Of a stretch of DNA of 64,000 bases, positions 48,246 to 63,558 are shown one piece after another. Below the pieces are notes generated by a model, which was not told the origin of the DNA, ran no database searches, and saw nothing but the letters and a program-made list of their open reading frames with translations. The stretch's first letter is position 1. Each line of letters starts with the position of its first letter. The translations under genes and the position numbers were made by a program. This DNA is from Candidatus Latescibacterota bacterium (GTDB lineage: Bacteria > Latescibacterota > UBA2968 > UBA8231), in contig OZ253462.1 in the NCBI GenBank assembly GCA_965261395.1, positions 1,664,001 to 1,728,000 of the forward strand, read 5' to 3'.

Positions 48246-49621
48246 CGCAGGTCTCCGCGCCCTCTGTCGGCGACGGGTTTCCCCACCGCTTGGTCGAGCT
48301 GGGCTAGCTGGATGTGGTAGTTGAAAATGGCCTGGACCAAGCCGCTGCGCGCGGCAAAAAGGCTCGCTTGCGCTTGCAGCCGCTCTAGCTGCGTTCCAGT
48401 GGACAAAGCATAGCGCTCCTGCGCCAGCTTGTAGCTTTCCTCGGCAGCGCTGACCGCGATCTGGTTGGCCTCAATGCTGCGCCGATATAGCTCGATATTG
48501 AGGAAGGCTCTTTTAATATCCAGTGCCACCTGCCGCTTAGCCTGGTCGAAGTCTTCCATGCGCTGGCGGTAATTCAGCTTTTGCGACTTGATGGAATTCT
48601 GGGTGCTCAAGCGGTTGAATAACGGCAGTCCCAAGCTCACGTTGAACGAGTAGCCGTAGTTTTTCAAAAAGAGATCTTCCGGCCCCGCAAACGCCTCGTC
48701 GGCCCGCAGTCGCCAGTTGTAGCCAGTGCTCATGCTCACCGTCGGGTGCAGCAACTCGTAGCGGGTCCCGCGCAGGTCCTCCTCGGCTTGCAGCAGCAAA
48801 AACTCCTGCGACCGCAAGTCCGGGCGGTGTTCCAGCGCCAAGGCCAAGGCTTCCTCGTAGCTCAGCGCGAGCGGTACCATCGCAAATTCCTCCTCGACCG
48901 GCACAATCGGTTCGTAGGTCCGCAAGCCCATGGCAAAGGCCAAGTCGGCACCAGTCACCGCGACGCTGTTTTCGCGGTCGATTAGGTTCGCCCGTGCGCT
49001 GGCCAACGCGGCCCGCTCCGTCAGCACATCCGACAGGGGCACCGAGCGGACCTCGAAGAGCGTCTCGGCCCGGCGCAGGCTCTCCTCTGAGACCCGCACC
49101 TGCTCGGTCTGCACCTTCATCAGTTCAATAGCCTGCAATAAGCTGAAGTATCCCTGCTTGACCTCAAAGACTACTTGCTGCTGGCTCGTACTCAGGTCCA
49201 TCTCGGCCGCCTTGTGCCCCAGTTTGCTCGACGCTAGGGCGGTCCAGTTGCCGCGATTGTACAGGTTCATACTGAAGCCGGTACCCAGCGACTGCGAGCC
49301 GCTGGAGGTGCTCTCGCCGAGGGTAGAGGTGACCTCGCCGGTGGCTGGATCGACAAAGGATCCCTCGCGCGGCCCAGAGACGCTGCGCGACATCCCGTAG
49401 GAGGCGCTGATCGATGGTAGAAAGGCATTGCGAGCGTTCCCGATTTGGATCGCCGCGGCTTCGATATTGGAGCGGCCCTGGATGACCGCGGCGCTCTGCT
49501 CTAGGGCGATGGCGATGCAGTCGTCCATGCTCAAGCGGAGCGCCGCTGGCTCTGTTGCGCCGCTGGGGCGCGTCAGGATTCCCACCACCAGCCAGCAAAA
49601 AACGGTGTGTTTACTTTTCAC
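48242..49621 (-). CDS. TolC family outer-membrane channel
   Basis: GTG start overlapping upstream TGA; LSMDDCIAIALEQS, FLPSISAS, VKQGYFSL, AQERY, LDQAVG. Confidence 0.92.
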   Translation of the reverse strand: MKSKHTVFCWLVVGILTRPSGATEPAALRLSMDDCIAIALEQSAAVIQGRSNIEAAAIQIGNARNAFLPSISASYGMSRSVSGPREGSFVDPATGEVTSTLGESTSSGSQSLGTGFSMNLYNRGNWTALASSKLGHKAAEMDLSTSQQQVVFEVKQGYFSLLQAIELMKVQTEQVRVSEESLRRAETLFEVRSVPLSDVLTERAALASARANLIDRENSVAVTGADLAFAMGLRTYEPIVPVEEEFAMVPLALSYEEALALALEHRPDLRSQEFLLLQAEEDLRGTRYELLHPTVSMSTGYNWRLRADEAFAGPEDLFLKNYGYSFNVSLGLPLFNRLSTQNSIKSQKLNYRQRMEDFDQAKRQVALDIKRAFLNIELYRRSIEANQIAVSAAEESYKLAQERYALSTGTQLERLQAQASLFAARSGLVQAIFNYHIQLAQLDQAVGKPVADRGRGDLR

Positions 49622-50330
49622 GACAGCAGCCTTTCTCGCTGCGCCATCTGCCGCAGCCCCGAAAAGAGCAAGAGCGCGCCGCCGAGCACCAGCGTCGCGC
49701 GGTTGAGCGCGACCATCTCGGCCCACACGGCATGGTCCATGCCCAGCGGCAGGCTAAAGGGATTTAAAAAGAGAAAGTAAGCGGTCTCCGCCAGCGACTC
49801 GGCGCTCAGCAACACCGCGACCAGTACTCCCAGCGAAAGCATCCCGGCCGTATTGCTGCTCTTGCAGAGCACCGAAAAGAAGAAGGTCAGATTGGCGATC
49901 AGAAACGCCGGTGCGAACGCATTGAGTCCGCCCAGCGCGAACGGAAATTCGGCGAAGAGGAAATAGGCCGCCGCACTCATGCCCAGCAGGGTCGCCGCCA
50001 ATAGCAGGTAAACGGCCACCATCCGCAGCACCCAGATCCCGTAGTGCGAGGTGGAAGTGCTAAAGAGCGCCTCCAGCGTCCGACGGTCGCGCTCGCCGGA
50101 CACTAGATCCATCGCTAGGTAAATCGCCAAGACCGCGCCGGGGATCTCCACCAGCACGTAGGGGGCCTGCCCGGCGCTGAACCCCTCGTCCGGCCGGAAC
50201 ACCGCCAGTGCGTAGAGCACTCCGTAGTACGCGGCAATGCCCAAGACCATGAGCAGCAGCTTGCGGTGAAAGACGATTTGCGTGCTGAGCCGGCACTGCG
50301 TTACCAAGCTCGCAAACAGAGTGGTCCAAG

Positions 50331-50337
<7 letters not shown>
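49618..50337 (-). CDS. ABC-2 type permease
   Basis: GGAGG RBS, GTG 50337; about six TM helices; VSGERDRRTLEALFST loop. Confidence 0.8.
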
Positions 50338-55018
<4,681 letters not shown>

Positions 55019-55022
<4 letters not shown>

Positions 55023-58000
55023 CGCAGCCGCTCCACGGTCTCGTAGGCCACGGGAATGACCACCAGCGCCATCACCGTCGAGGAAACAAGCCCGCCGATC
55101 ACCGCAATCGCCATCGGTGCCCGCAAACCCGCTCCCTCGCCCAGCCCGACAGCCATCGGCGCCAGTGCCAAAATGGTGGTCGCCGTCGTCATCAGGATTG
55201 GGCGCATCCGATCCTGCGCGCCCTGCAGCACGGCCGCGCGCACCGTCGGCAACTGCGCCCGCAATTGGTTGATGCGGTCAACCAGCACGATTGAATCGTT
55301 GACCGCGATCCCGCCCAGCATGATGATGCCGATATAGGCCATCACGCTCAGTGGCTCGCCCAGCCCCCAGAAGACCCACACCACGCCCACGCCAGCCAGC
55401 GGCACGGTCAGCATCACAGTAAAGGGGTGCAGCAGCGACTCAAAGAGCGAGGCCATCACCATGTACACCAGCACCACCGAGAGCAGCAGCGCGAACTGCA
55501 AGTTGGCAAAGGACTCCTGCCGCTCGCGCTCCTCGCCGCCAATTTCGATCCGGTAGCCATCGGGCAGTTCCATCGCGCCGACGATTTGCTCGACCTGCCC
55601 GATGGCCTCGCCCAACACCGCGCCTTCGACCAGATAGCCGACCACCCGCCCGAGCCGGCGCTGGTCCTCGCGCAAAATCTCGCGCGGCCCTTCGACCAGT
55701 ATGGGATCCGACAAATCGCCCAAGGCCAGAATCGCCCCAGCCGGCGCGTCGATCCGCAACTGCGGCAGCTCGCGCAAGTCGAGGCGCTCGAAACCGACGC
55801 GGATATCGCGCGAGCGTTGGTCTTTGGACAACTCGCCGATTACCTCGCCCGACAGCCGGCGCTCCAGCGCCTGCACGATGGTCGCGACGGTCAGCCCGCT
55901 GGCGACGACCGCGTCTTCGCGCAGCCGCAGGTCGATTTCGGGCTGGCCGCCTTGGAAGTTCGAAGTGACGTTGTACACGCTTGGCAACTCCTCCAAGCGG
56001 GCAGCGAGATCGGCGCACAGGCGGCGCAACACTTCCACCTCGTCGCCGATAATCTCCACTTGGACCGGGGCCGTCCGCTCGCCCAGCACTCCTTCGAGCG
56101 CGGTCTCGTGTAGCTGGTATTGCACGTCTAGTTCGGGGATTTGCGCCAATTGCGCGTCAACCATCTCGACCAGTTGCGGCAGGCTGCGGCGCGTCTCCGG
56201 GGCCAGCGCGACCGACAGCGTGGCGCGGTTGGGTCCGGTAGGGTCGCCGATGTTGGCCAGCCGCGCCGGGTCCACGCCCGCCCGGGCGTACACTGCGGCC
56301 ACATCGTCGCCGCCTACCTCGCCGATGATCTCCCCCACCCGCTTGGCCACCCGATCGGTCAGCTCCAGCCGCGACCCTTGTGCCAGGGACAACTCCACGT
56401 GGAAAAGCCCTTGGTCTTCGCGCGGGATAAACTCGGTGGGGATTGCGCGGGCGATGTAGGCCGTGCCCGCGACCGTTGCGGCCACCAGCAACAAAACCAC
56501 TCCCTTGTGGTCGAGCACCGCGTTGAGCAAAGCGCGGAAGCGCAACCAGCGCTGCTCGGTTGTCGCCCCGCCGCGCCCGCGCAAAAAACGCGAGGTTAGC
56601 ATCGGCACGGTCATCATCGCCACCGCCAGTGACGAGACGAGCGAAAAAGCCACGGTCCAGGCTTGGTCCTTAAACAGTTCGCTGGTCAGCCCTTGCAGGT
56701 AAATAATCGGCAAGAAAACCGACACGGTCGTCAGCGTCGAGGCCATAATCGCCACCCCGACCTCGCTGGCTCCCTTGGTCGAAGCCTGGCGCGCGTCTTC
56801 GCCCCGCTCGAGGTGGCGGTAGATATTTTCAATGACCACGATCGCGTTATCGACCAGCATCCCCGCCCCTAGCGCCAAGCCGCCGAGGGTCATGATATTG
56901 AGCGTCAGATCCTCGAAATACATCAGGGTAAAGGTCGCTAGCATCGAAATCGGAATCGCCAGGCCGATCACCAAAGTCGCCGTCCACGAGCGCAAGAAAA
57001 ACAGCAATACCCCCACCGCCAACACCGCCCCGTGCAACGCCGCCTCTTCGACTTCGGCTACGGCCTCCTCGATAAAGCGCGCTTGGTTTTCAACCACCGC
57101 AAAGCGCAACTCGGGCAAGTCTTGGTCGAGCTCGCCGATGGATTCGAGCACCCGGTCGATGACCTGTACCGTATTGCTACCGGCCTCTTTGTAGATCGCC
57201 AAGCCGATGCACTCGACTCCGTCGAGCCGCACGATGGTTTCCCGTTCCTCGTACTCCAACGCCACCTCCCCCACATCGCGCACGTACACCGGCACCTGCA
57301 ACCCCTCCTCCACGCCTTCCCCCTGCCGCGCCCCGACGATCACATTGCGCACATCCTCCAAGTCTGCCAGCCGCCCTAGCCCCTTGACTTGGTACGATTG
57401 CTGTGCCTCGCGCAAGGTCCCCCCAGACACGTCCTCATTGGCCGAGGTGATCGCCGCGATGACTTGGTCGGCGTCCTGCCCGAAGGCTTCGAGCAGATAC
57501 GGATCCAACGTCACCCGGATTTCTTTTTCTGCATCCCCTTCAATGTCTGCCGAGGCCACCCCATTGAGCGCTTCGAGCTTGGGCTTGACCACGGTCTCGA
57601 CCGCGCCCAACAGCTCGTCGAGGTCGGCCAGCCCGGTCGCCGAGACCGCGATCCGCATCACCGGCAGCGCCTGCGGATCCTCCTGAATGACATCGAGCGT
57701 TTCAATGTCTTCGTCGGTGGCGTACCCCCCCATCTTTTTTTGCACGTCGATCAGGGCAAAATCCATATCCGCTTCCCAATCGAACTCGGCCACCACCACA
57801 GACTGCCCTGAGCGGGTGATCGAATAGACCCGAGCGACTCCGCTGATCGTGCTAATGTCGCGCTCCAGCCGCCGCGTATATTGCTCTTCCACCTCCTGCG
57901 GTGCCTTGCCGGGCACCTGCAAGTCAACCGTGATGACCGGCGTGTGCATGTTGGGCAGCAGGTCGGTTCCCAGTTTGCTTAGGGAGATCGCCCCCAACAG

Positions 58001-58066
58001 CGCCACTGCTAGGGTCAGCATCAGCACGGTGACGGGATAGCGGATGGAAAATTCAGGTAGCGACAT
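55019..58066 (-). CDS. RND (AcrB-like) permease subunit
   Basis: MSLPEFSIRYPVTV, GMLVDNAIVVIENI, YMVMASLFES, RMRPILMT, AVIGGL. Confidence 0.95.
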
Positions 58067-58076
58067 GATGCGCGTA

Positions 58077-59174
58077 CTATCTCCCCGGCCTGCCCCGACC
58101 ACCCGGCCTCGCAGCCTCTCCCGCCCCGGTCACGCTGACCCGCGTCCGCGACCGCAGGGTCTCGTAATTGCTCGTAATCAATCGCTCCCCTTCCTCCACG
58201 CCGCGCAGCACCTCCGCGAATGTTGCGTCTTCTAGCCCGATCTCGATCTCCCGCATCTGCGCCCGGGCGCTTTCTTCGACGAATACCACCTTGCGATTCC
58301 TCCTCACTAGCACCAACTCGCGCGGCACCAGCACCGCGTCGGCGTGCGACTCGACCACGATCTCGGCCTTGACGAACATCCCCGGCCGCAGCAAGTGCTC
58401 GGGGTTATCTATCGTCGCCACGGCGCGAAAGGTGCGCGTCGCGGCATCCACCACCGGGTCAACGGCTGAGATGTGGCCGACGAATACCTCGTCCGGGTAG
58501 GAGTAATCAACCGCCCGCACGGGCTGATCCAGCGCGATGTGGCGGATTTGCGAGTTGGGAATCTGCAAGTCGAGCAGCACCTTGCTGTAAGCGACAATGC
58601 GGCAGATCGGCGTGCCGGCCTCGACCAGCGTCTGCTCGCTGGCATCGGTGAACTCGCTGAGTACCCCAGCAATCGGGGCGATGATTGCGGTCTTGCCGAT
58701 CTGGACCAAGGCGTCGTCGTAGTCCGACTGCGCGTCGGCCAAATCCTTGCGCGCCGCTTCGACATCGAACTGGGTCACCAAGCCGCGCTCGACCAATACT
58801 TCTTGTTCGGCAAGGGTTTGGCGCGCGTTCTGCACGGCCAGCTTGCGCGCTACCAGCCGGGCACCGACCATCAGTTCCTCGTTGTCGAGGCGGGCGAGGA
58901 CTTGCCCCTGTTGCACGGCCATCCCCTCGGTCGGCTTGCGCCCGTCGCCTAGTTGGACCAGCGACAAAAACCCCCGCGTCTCGGTTACTACCACTGCTTC
59001 CTGTATCGGCCGCAGCGTCCCCGTGGAGGTCACCACCGACTCGATGGTCCCCAACCCCACCGGCTGCACGGTGACCGGGACCGTCAAATCGGCTGTCTGC
59101 TGAACGGTCTCGCTTTCGCAGCCGACTAGCAACAGGAGCGCCCACGCCGAGGCGCATAGAATTGTATGTCGCAT
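58077..59174 (-). CDS. RND periplasmic adaptor (MFP), lipoprotein
   Basis: Lipobox LLVGC; VQQGQVLARLD, IIAPIAG, VDAATRTF, LRPGMFV. Confidence 0.93.
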   Translation of the reverse strand: MRHTILCASAWALLLLVGCESETVQQTADLTVPVTVQPVGLGTIESVVTSTGTLRPIQEAVVVTETRGFLSLVQLGDGRKPTEGMAVQQGQVLARLDNEELMVGARLVARKLAVQNARQTLAEQEVLVERGLVTQFDVEAARKDLADAQSDYDDALVQIGKTAIIAPIAGVLSEFTDASEQTLVEAGTPICRIVAYSKVLLDLQIPNSQIRHIALDQPVRAVDYSYPDEVFVGHISAVDPVVDAATRTFRAVATIDNPEHLLRPGMFVKAEIVVESHADAVLVPRELVLVRRNRKVVFVEESARAQMREIEIGLEDATFAEVLRGVEEGERLITSNYETLRSRTRVSVTGAGEAARPGGRGRPGR

Positions 59175-59189
59175 GTTTTCCTCAGAGCA

Positions 59190-59214
59190 GGGCAAGCACA
59201 AGGGTTGTCCCTAC
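59190..59214 (-). repeat. GTAG-type REP-like palindrome
   Basis: Minus strand GTAGGGACAACCCTTGTGCTTGCCC: GTAG tetranucleotide + imperfect hairpin. Confidence 0.6.
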
Positions 59215-59248
59215 AAGATTTGTTGGTATAGATGTACGCGGATAGGAC

Positions 59249-62200
59249 TCAAAATACCCTGTTCAGCCAACGGGTAAGAGCGCTCGGTTGCGACCGCTCG
59301 CCACCGCGGCCGCGCCAATTGCCAAAAGACCCCACGTCTTCCTCGTAGGCCGCTTCCGGCTTGTCTGGGTCAACCCAGCGCCAGCGCACGGCATCGGCGT
59401 AGAGTTGGCCGCTGGCTTGGTCGGACAGTTCGACCGAGGCTTGCTCGCCGCCGGCAAAGTGAAACCGTCCCAGCAAGTTCCAGCCGCCCGTGAGCGCCTC
59501 GCTCTTGAGCGCCAGCGTATCGACCTCACCGCCATGCGCCACGGCGAGCGAAAACGATTCGGCCAAGTTCAAGCCAAAGCGCCGACTAAACTGCGACGGC
59601 ACGAAATAGTACGCCACGTCGTAATCGCCGTCCTTAGGTAGCGTCGCCGTCCACACCGCTGGCTGTGCCCCGTCTCCGGGCTGCTTCCAGCGGAAATTGG
59701 TCTCGTAGCGACCGAAGGCAAGGGGCAGCTCCTGCACCTGCCAGTTGTCGCCTTTAAGCCCGGGCCGCAGATAGCGTTGCACCCGGCGGATCGGCATGGA
59801 AAAGCCCTCGTCGTCGTTATCGACTACGATCTCCGAGAAAAAGTTTTCCTCGTCATCGACGACCCGCACATAGGACTTGGGATAGCCGGCGAAGACCTTT
59901 TCGGGGATGCTCAAGGCCGCGACAATCGGCCGCTGGTTTTTGGCCAGAAACGGCTCGACCATCACCCGGAATGGCCGCGCAAAGAGCACCATGGACACCT
60001 CGACCTCCTGCCCGCCCTCAATGGCGATGGCCTTGGCGGCTTGGTCCTCGCGCCCAAGGGCTTGCACTTCGACAAAACCTCGGCCCGGCTCGCCGTTTTT
60101 GACCCGCACGATCACTTGGTACACCACTTCGCCCCAGCCGTCGTCCATCTTCTTGGCCGTCGCTCGGGTCAGGGTATAGCCCGGCACGTGGGTCCCGTAA
60201 ATCCAGTCGTGGACGAGCTGCTGCACGTCGATTTGCTGGCTACCGACTTCCCCATCGGGGACGACGGCCGCCTCAAAATCGGCAAAGGAGACCTGCTGGT
60301 ACTTGTTGTTCTCGTCAAAGGTGCCGATCGCTTCGATGAACCTGTCGGCTCCCACCACTGACTTGATTACCCGGAAAATGGACAGGCTCTTGGCCTTGAG
60401 GATCGCCCGGTAGAGGCTGGGTTCGGCGTCCTTATCCATCTTTGCCAGCGAGTTCTGCTGCATCTCTACCACTAGCGTGTCCCAGACCGGGCCGGTGTTG
60501 GCGGCGGACTGACGAGTCCCGCCGGGGCCGCCACCCCGCGCGCGCATCATGCTGCCGATCATCCGCGCCATCCCGCCGCCCATCCGGCCACCCCAGCGCC
60601 CCGAAAACATCGCCACTCGCAAGTCGGCGCTGACGTCTTCCTGCATGTAGAGCGGCAACCCGCGCGCGACTAGATCGGCGTGCTCGCCGCCGAAGCCGCG
60701 GTCGAAGGACCATAGCTGCACCAGCGGGCTGCGAAACAGGCCGCTGCGCTCTCCTTCGGGACTGAGAAAATCCTGGAAGACCGCCCCGACCAGCACGTCC
60801 TTTTTTATTTGCGCCTCGTCTTGGTTGCCACGCCGCCGCGCCACCCGCGCCTTGAAGTCGCGCTGGAAGCGGTGGCCCATCAACACGTCTTCCTCGATCA
60901 TCAGCACCCCCGGCTGCACGAGGCCGCCGCGTTCCTCCCAGCCTTCGTAGTACCACTGCACCAGAAAGGGTACCTCCACCAGCGACAGCCTCGGATACGG
61001 GTATCGCAGCCCGGTCTCCTGCTCCATCGCGTCGAAAAGCTGGTCGATGGTCTCGATGACTTTGTCGGCAGCGTCGGCGAAAAAGTGCACCGGGCGCAGG
61101 TGGGCCGGGTGGACGTAGAAAGCGAAGTCAACCTCGCGGACCGTGGCCTCGTACACTTCGTAGCGGCCGGCATTTAGCGAGAGCAGGGGCACCGGATACT
61201 CGACCTGCCACTGCGTGCGGACGCGTTCGCCTTGCGGCTCTTTGGCCACCGGCTGCCCTTGGGTGATCACCTCTAAGCCAGCGGGTACCGACACCGCAAT
61301 TTCCGCGGTGGCGAACGAAGGGGGCGGCGGTGCTTGTGGGTGATAAGCTACCCCGGCGATGGGGTACCAGCCGCTGCGCGGGGGTAAGAAGACGGATTCG
61401 TCGCGGATCCAGGCCGTCAGGTCGCCCTTGATAAAGGGCCATTTGTTCTTGCGCAGCCGCGTCTCGTCGCGCAGCAGGTCAAAGCCTTGGCGATCGATGT
61501 CGCCGTCGTAGGTCAGCGTCAACGTTCGCTCGGCACCGGCCGCCATGGGCGCGGCGACCCGGATCACGGCCGCGCCCCGCGTCCACGCCACCGCATGGCC
61601 CGCTGCATCTTGCACCGAGCGCAGCGTCAAGCCGGGGTTGAGCGCAAAAGTCAGCGTGTCCAGTGCGCCGTCGTGGTAGTTGTACAGCCGCAGCTCGGCC
61701 TTGGCCACAAGCGGTGCAGCTTCGCCGACCAACGCGACTTCTAACTCGTAGTGCTCCACCTGCGGTGCGGGCGCGTCTGCGTAGCGATAGTGCTCGGCGA
61801 GCAGGCGCTGGCGATAGGCTTGGTTGGCTTGGTCCTGCGCGTCGATGTGCTGATACAGCCCCACCGCCGCCAACAGCCCGCCCCCGGCCATCCCCCGCCC
61901 GACCCAAACCCATCTCACCGACTGGGACAGGCGCGGATAAAGCTCAATCGACAGGCCAAAAAGGAACAGCCCCAGAGATAAATAAAATAGCCGCTGGTCA
62001 ATCACCCGCGCTAGGTCGCCCACGCCGATTATGTCCGAGTAGAACAGCGGGGCGAAAAAGGCACCAAAGTCCCACAAGCCGCCGTGGGTCTCGCCGAGGT
62101 AAAACAGCACGGCGAGCGCGTAGGCCATCGTCAGTAGAGCGACGGCCGTCTGGTGCCGCAAGAGTGCCCCTAAAAAGAAGGTCAAGGCCGACATGTACAG

Positions 62201-62680
62201 CAGAGCTGGCAGGGTCATCACCAGCAGGTACAGCAGATAGGGCCGGAGCGTGAAGGGTGCGTCGAGTAGGCTGATCTTGGCCGCTTGGATGGCCACCGTC
62301 AAAACCAGCACCACCAAGCTCAAAGTCAGCAGGGCACCGACGACCCCTAGGTACTTGCCGATGACCAGCTCGGCCGTCGCGATCGGCCGCCCGGCGATCA
62401 CCTCGTGGACCCCGGCCCGCTCGTCCGCGGCGCGGAAGTCGCCGACGATAAAGGCGATCACCATCGCCTGCACGTAGCTATAGACGTAAAAGGGGACAAA
62501 TGCCCCCATGCCCAGCGCCGAGCTGAATTCCATCCCCTGGGCCTCTAGCACCGATAGGCCGATGCCAATCAGCAGCGGCAGCGCGATCCCAATGCCGCCA
62601 AGGATGCGGAAGCGGGTGGTCCGCAAGAGCAGCATCCGCTCGTAGCGGGCCACGCCGAGGATGTTGTGGACGGCGCGCAT
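59249..62680 (-). CDS. ABC-2 permease fused to an M1-aminopeptidase-like domain (no HEXXH) and a C-terminal golvesin/xanthan-lyase CBM-like domain
   Basis: N-terminal TM bundle (ELVIGKYLG); HYELEV, WYP, YPYPRLSLVEVP, DWIYGTHVPGY; C-terminal IVVDNDD...GWNLLGRFHF...ADAVRW. Confidence 0.8.
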   Translation of the reverse strand: MRAVHNILGVARYERMLLLRTTRFRILGGIGIALPLLIGIGLSVLEAQGMEFSSALGMGAFVPFYVYSYVQAMVIAFIVGDFRAADERAGVHEVIAGRPIATAELVIGKYLGVVGALLTLSLVVLVLTVAIQAAKISLLDAPFTLRPYLLYLLVMTLPALLYMSALTFFLGALLRHQTAVALLTMAYALAVLFYLGETHGGLWDFGAFFAPLFYSDIIGVGDLARVIDQRLFYLSLGLFLFGLSIELYPRLSQSVRWVWVGRGMAGGGLLAAVGLYQHIDAQDQANQAYRQRLLAEHYRYADAPAPQVEHYELEVALVGEAAPLVAKAELRLYNYHDGALDTLTFALNPGLTLRSVQDAAGHAVAWTRGAAVIRVAAPMAAGAERTLTLTYDGDIDRQGFDLLRDETRLRKNKWPFIKGDLTAWIRDESVFLPPRSGWYPIAGVAYHPQAPPPPSFATAEIAVSVPAGLEVITQGQPVAKEPQGERVRTQWQVEYPVPLLSLNAGRYEVYEATVREVDFAFYVHPAHLRPVHFFADAADKVIETIDQLFDAMEQETGLRYPYPRLSLVEVPFLVQWYYEGWEERGGLVQPGVLMIEEDVLMGHRFQRDFKARVARRRGNQDEAQIKKDVLVGAVFQDFLSPEGERSGLFRSPLVQLWSFDRGFGGEHADLVARGLPLYMQEDVSADLRVAMFSGRWGGRMGGGMARMIGSMMRARGGGPGGTRQSAANTGPVWDTLVVEMQQNSLAKMDKDAEPSLYRAILKAKSLSIFRVIKSVVGADRFIEAIGTFDENNKYQQVSFADFEAAVVPDGEVGSQQIDVQQLVHDWIYGTHVPGYTLTRATAKKMDDGWGEVVYQVIVRVKNGEPGRGFVEVQALGREDQAAKAIAIEGGQEVEVSMVLFARPFRVMVEPFLAKNQRPIVAALSIPEKVFAGYPKSYVRVVDDEENFFSEIVVDNDDEGFSMPIRRVQRYLRPGLKGDNWQVQELPLAFGRYETNFRWKQPGDGAQPAVWTATLPKDGDYDVAYYFVPSQFSRRFGLNLAESFSLAVAHGGEVDTLALKSEALTGGWNLLGRFHFAGGEQASVELSDQASGQLYADAVRWRWVDPDKPEAAYEEDVGSFGNWRGRGGERSQPSALTRWLNRVF

Positions 62681-62685
62681 GGCGT

Positions 62686-63558
62686 TCAGGCCGATCCCAT
62701 AAAATAGATATAGGCGTCTTCGAGATTGGGCGCGGTCGGCACGGCACTCGGCGGCGGGGCCGCGTCGCCGACGAGCCTGAGCGCCATGCCGCCGCCGTCG
62801 GCACTGATAGTGACCACGTTAAAGCGGTCGGCGATGGCTTCAAACCCTGCGTCGTCCGTCTGCAAAAGCCAAGTTTTGCCCTCGGCCTTGGCGACGAAGT
62901 CCGCCGGCGCACCGTGGAAGCGCAACCGCCCCTGATGCAATACGGCTAGGTCCTCGCAGGTGCTCGAAATATCGCCGACGATGTGGGTCGAGATGAGAAT
63001 GGTGCGGCTGGCGCTCAGCTTCCCCAAGATGGCCCGGAAGCGGATTCGCTCCTCTGGGTCCAGCCCGACGGTCGGCTCATCGACGATGATGAACTCAGGA
63101 TCGGCCAAAATCACCTGCGCGATGCCAAGCCGCCGCCGCATCCCCCCCGAAAAGGTGCCCGTCTTGCGCTCGCACACCTCGTAGAGACCCACGTCCTCTA
63201 AGGCTTGGGCGATCCGTTCTCGGCGCTGCCGCTGGTCGTGCAAGCCGCCGAGCCGCCCCATGTAGTCGAGGAATTCCCAAGCCGAAAGCTGCGGGTAGGC
63301 ACCAAAGTGCTGCGGCAAGTAGCCGAGTCGCCGCCGCACTTGGGCGCAGTCCCGCTGGAGGTCCCAGCCGTTGATCTCCACCGCACCCGTGCTGGGTGCC
63401 ATCTGGGTGGAGAGAATTTTGATCAGCGTGGTCTTACCCGCGCCGTTGGGTCCTAAGAGACCAAACGTCCCGTGGCGGATCTCCAAGTTCAGGTCGGAAA
63501 GCGCCGGAACACCACCGCGACCGTAGGTCTTGCTCAGGTTTTGGATGCGTATTCTCAA
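62686..63558 (-). CDS. ABC transporter ATP-binding protein (ABC-2/DRA-like)
   Basis: GPNGAGKTT, FSGGMRRR, IIVDEPT, STH, PNLEDAY. Confidence 0.95.
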   Translation of the reverse strand: MRIRIQNLSKTYGRGGVPALSDLNLEIRHGTFGLLGPNGAGKTTLIKILSTQMAPSTGAVEINGWDLQRDCAQVRRRLGYLPQHFGAYPQLSAWEFLDYMGRLGGLHDQRQRRERIAQALEDVGLYEVCERKTGTFSGGMRRRLGIAQVILADPEFIIVDEPTVGLDPEERIRFRAILGKLSASRTILISTHIVGDISSTCEDLAVLHQGRLRFHGAPADFVAKAEGKTWLLQTDDAGFEAIADRFNVVTISADGGGMALRLVGDAAPPPSAVPTAPNLEDAYIYFMGSA

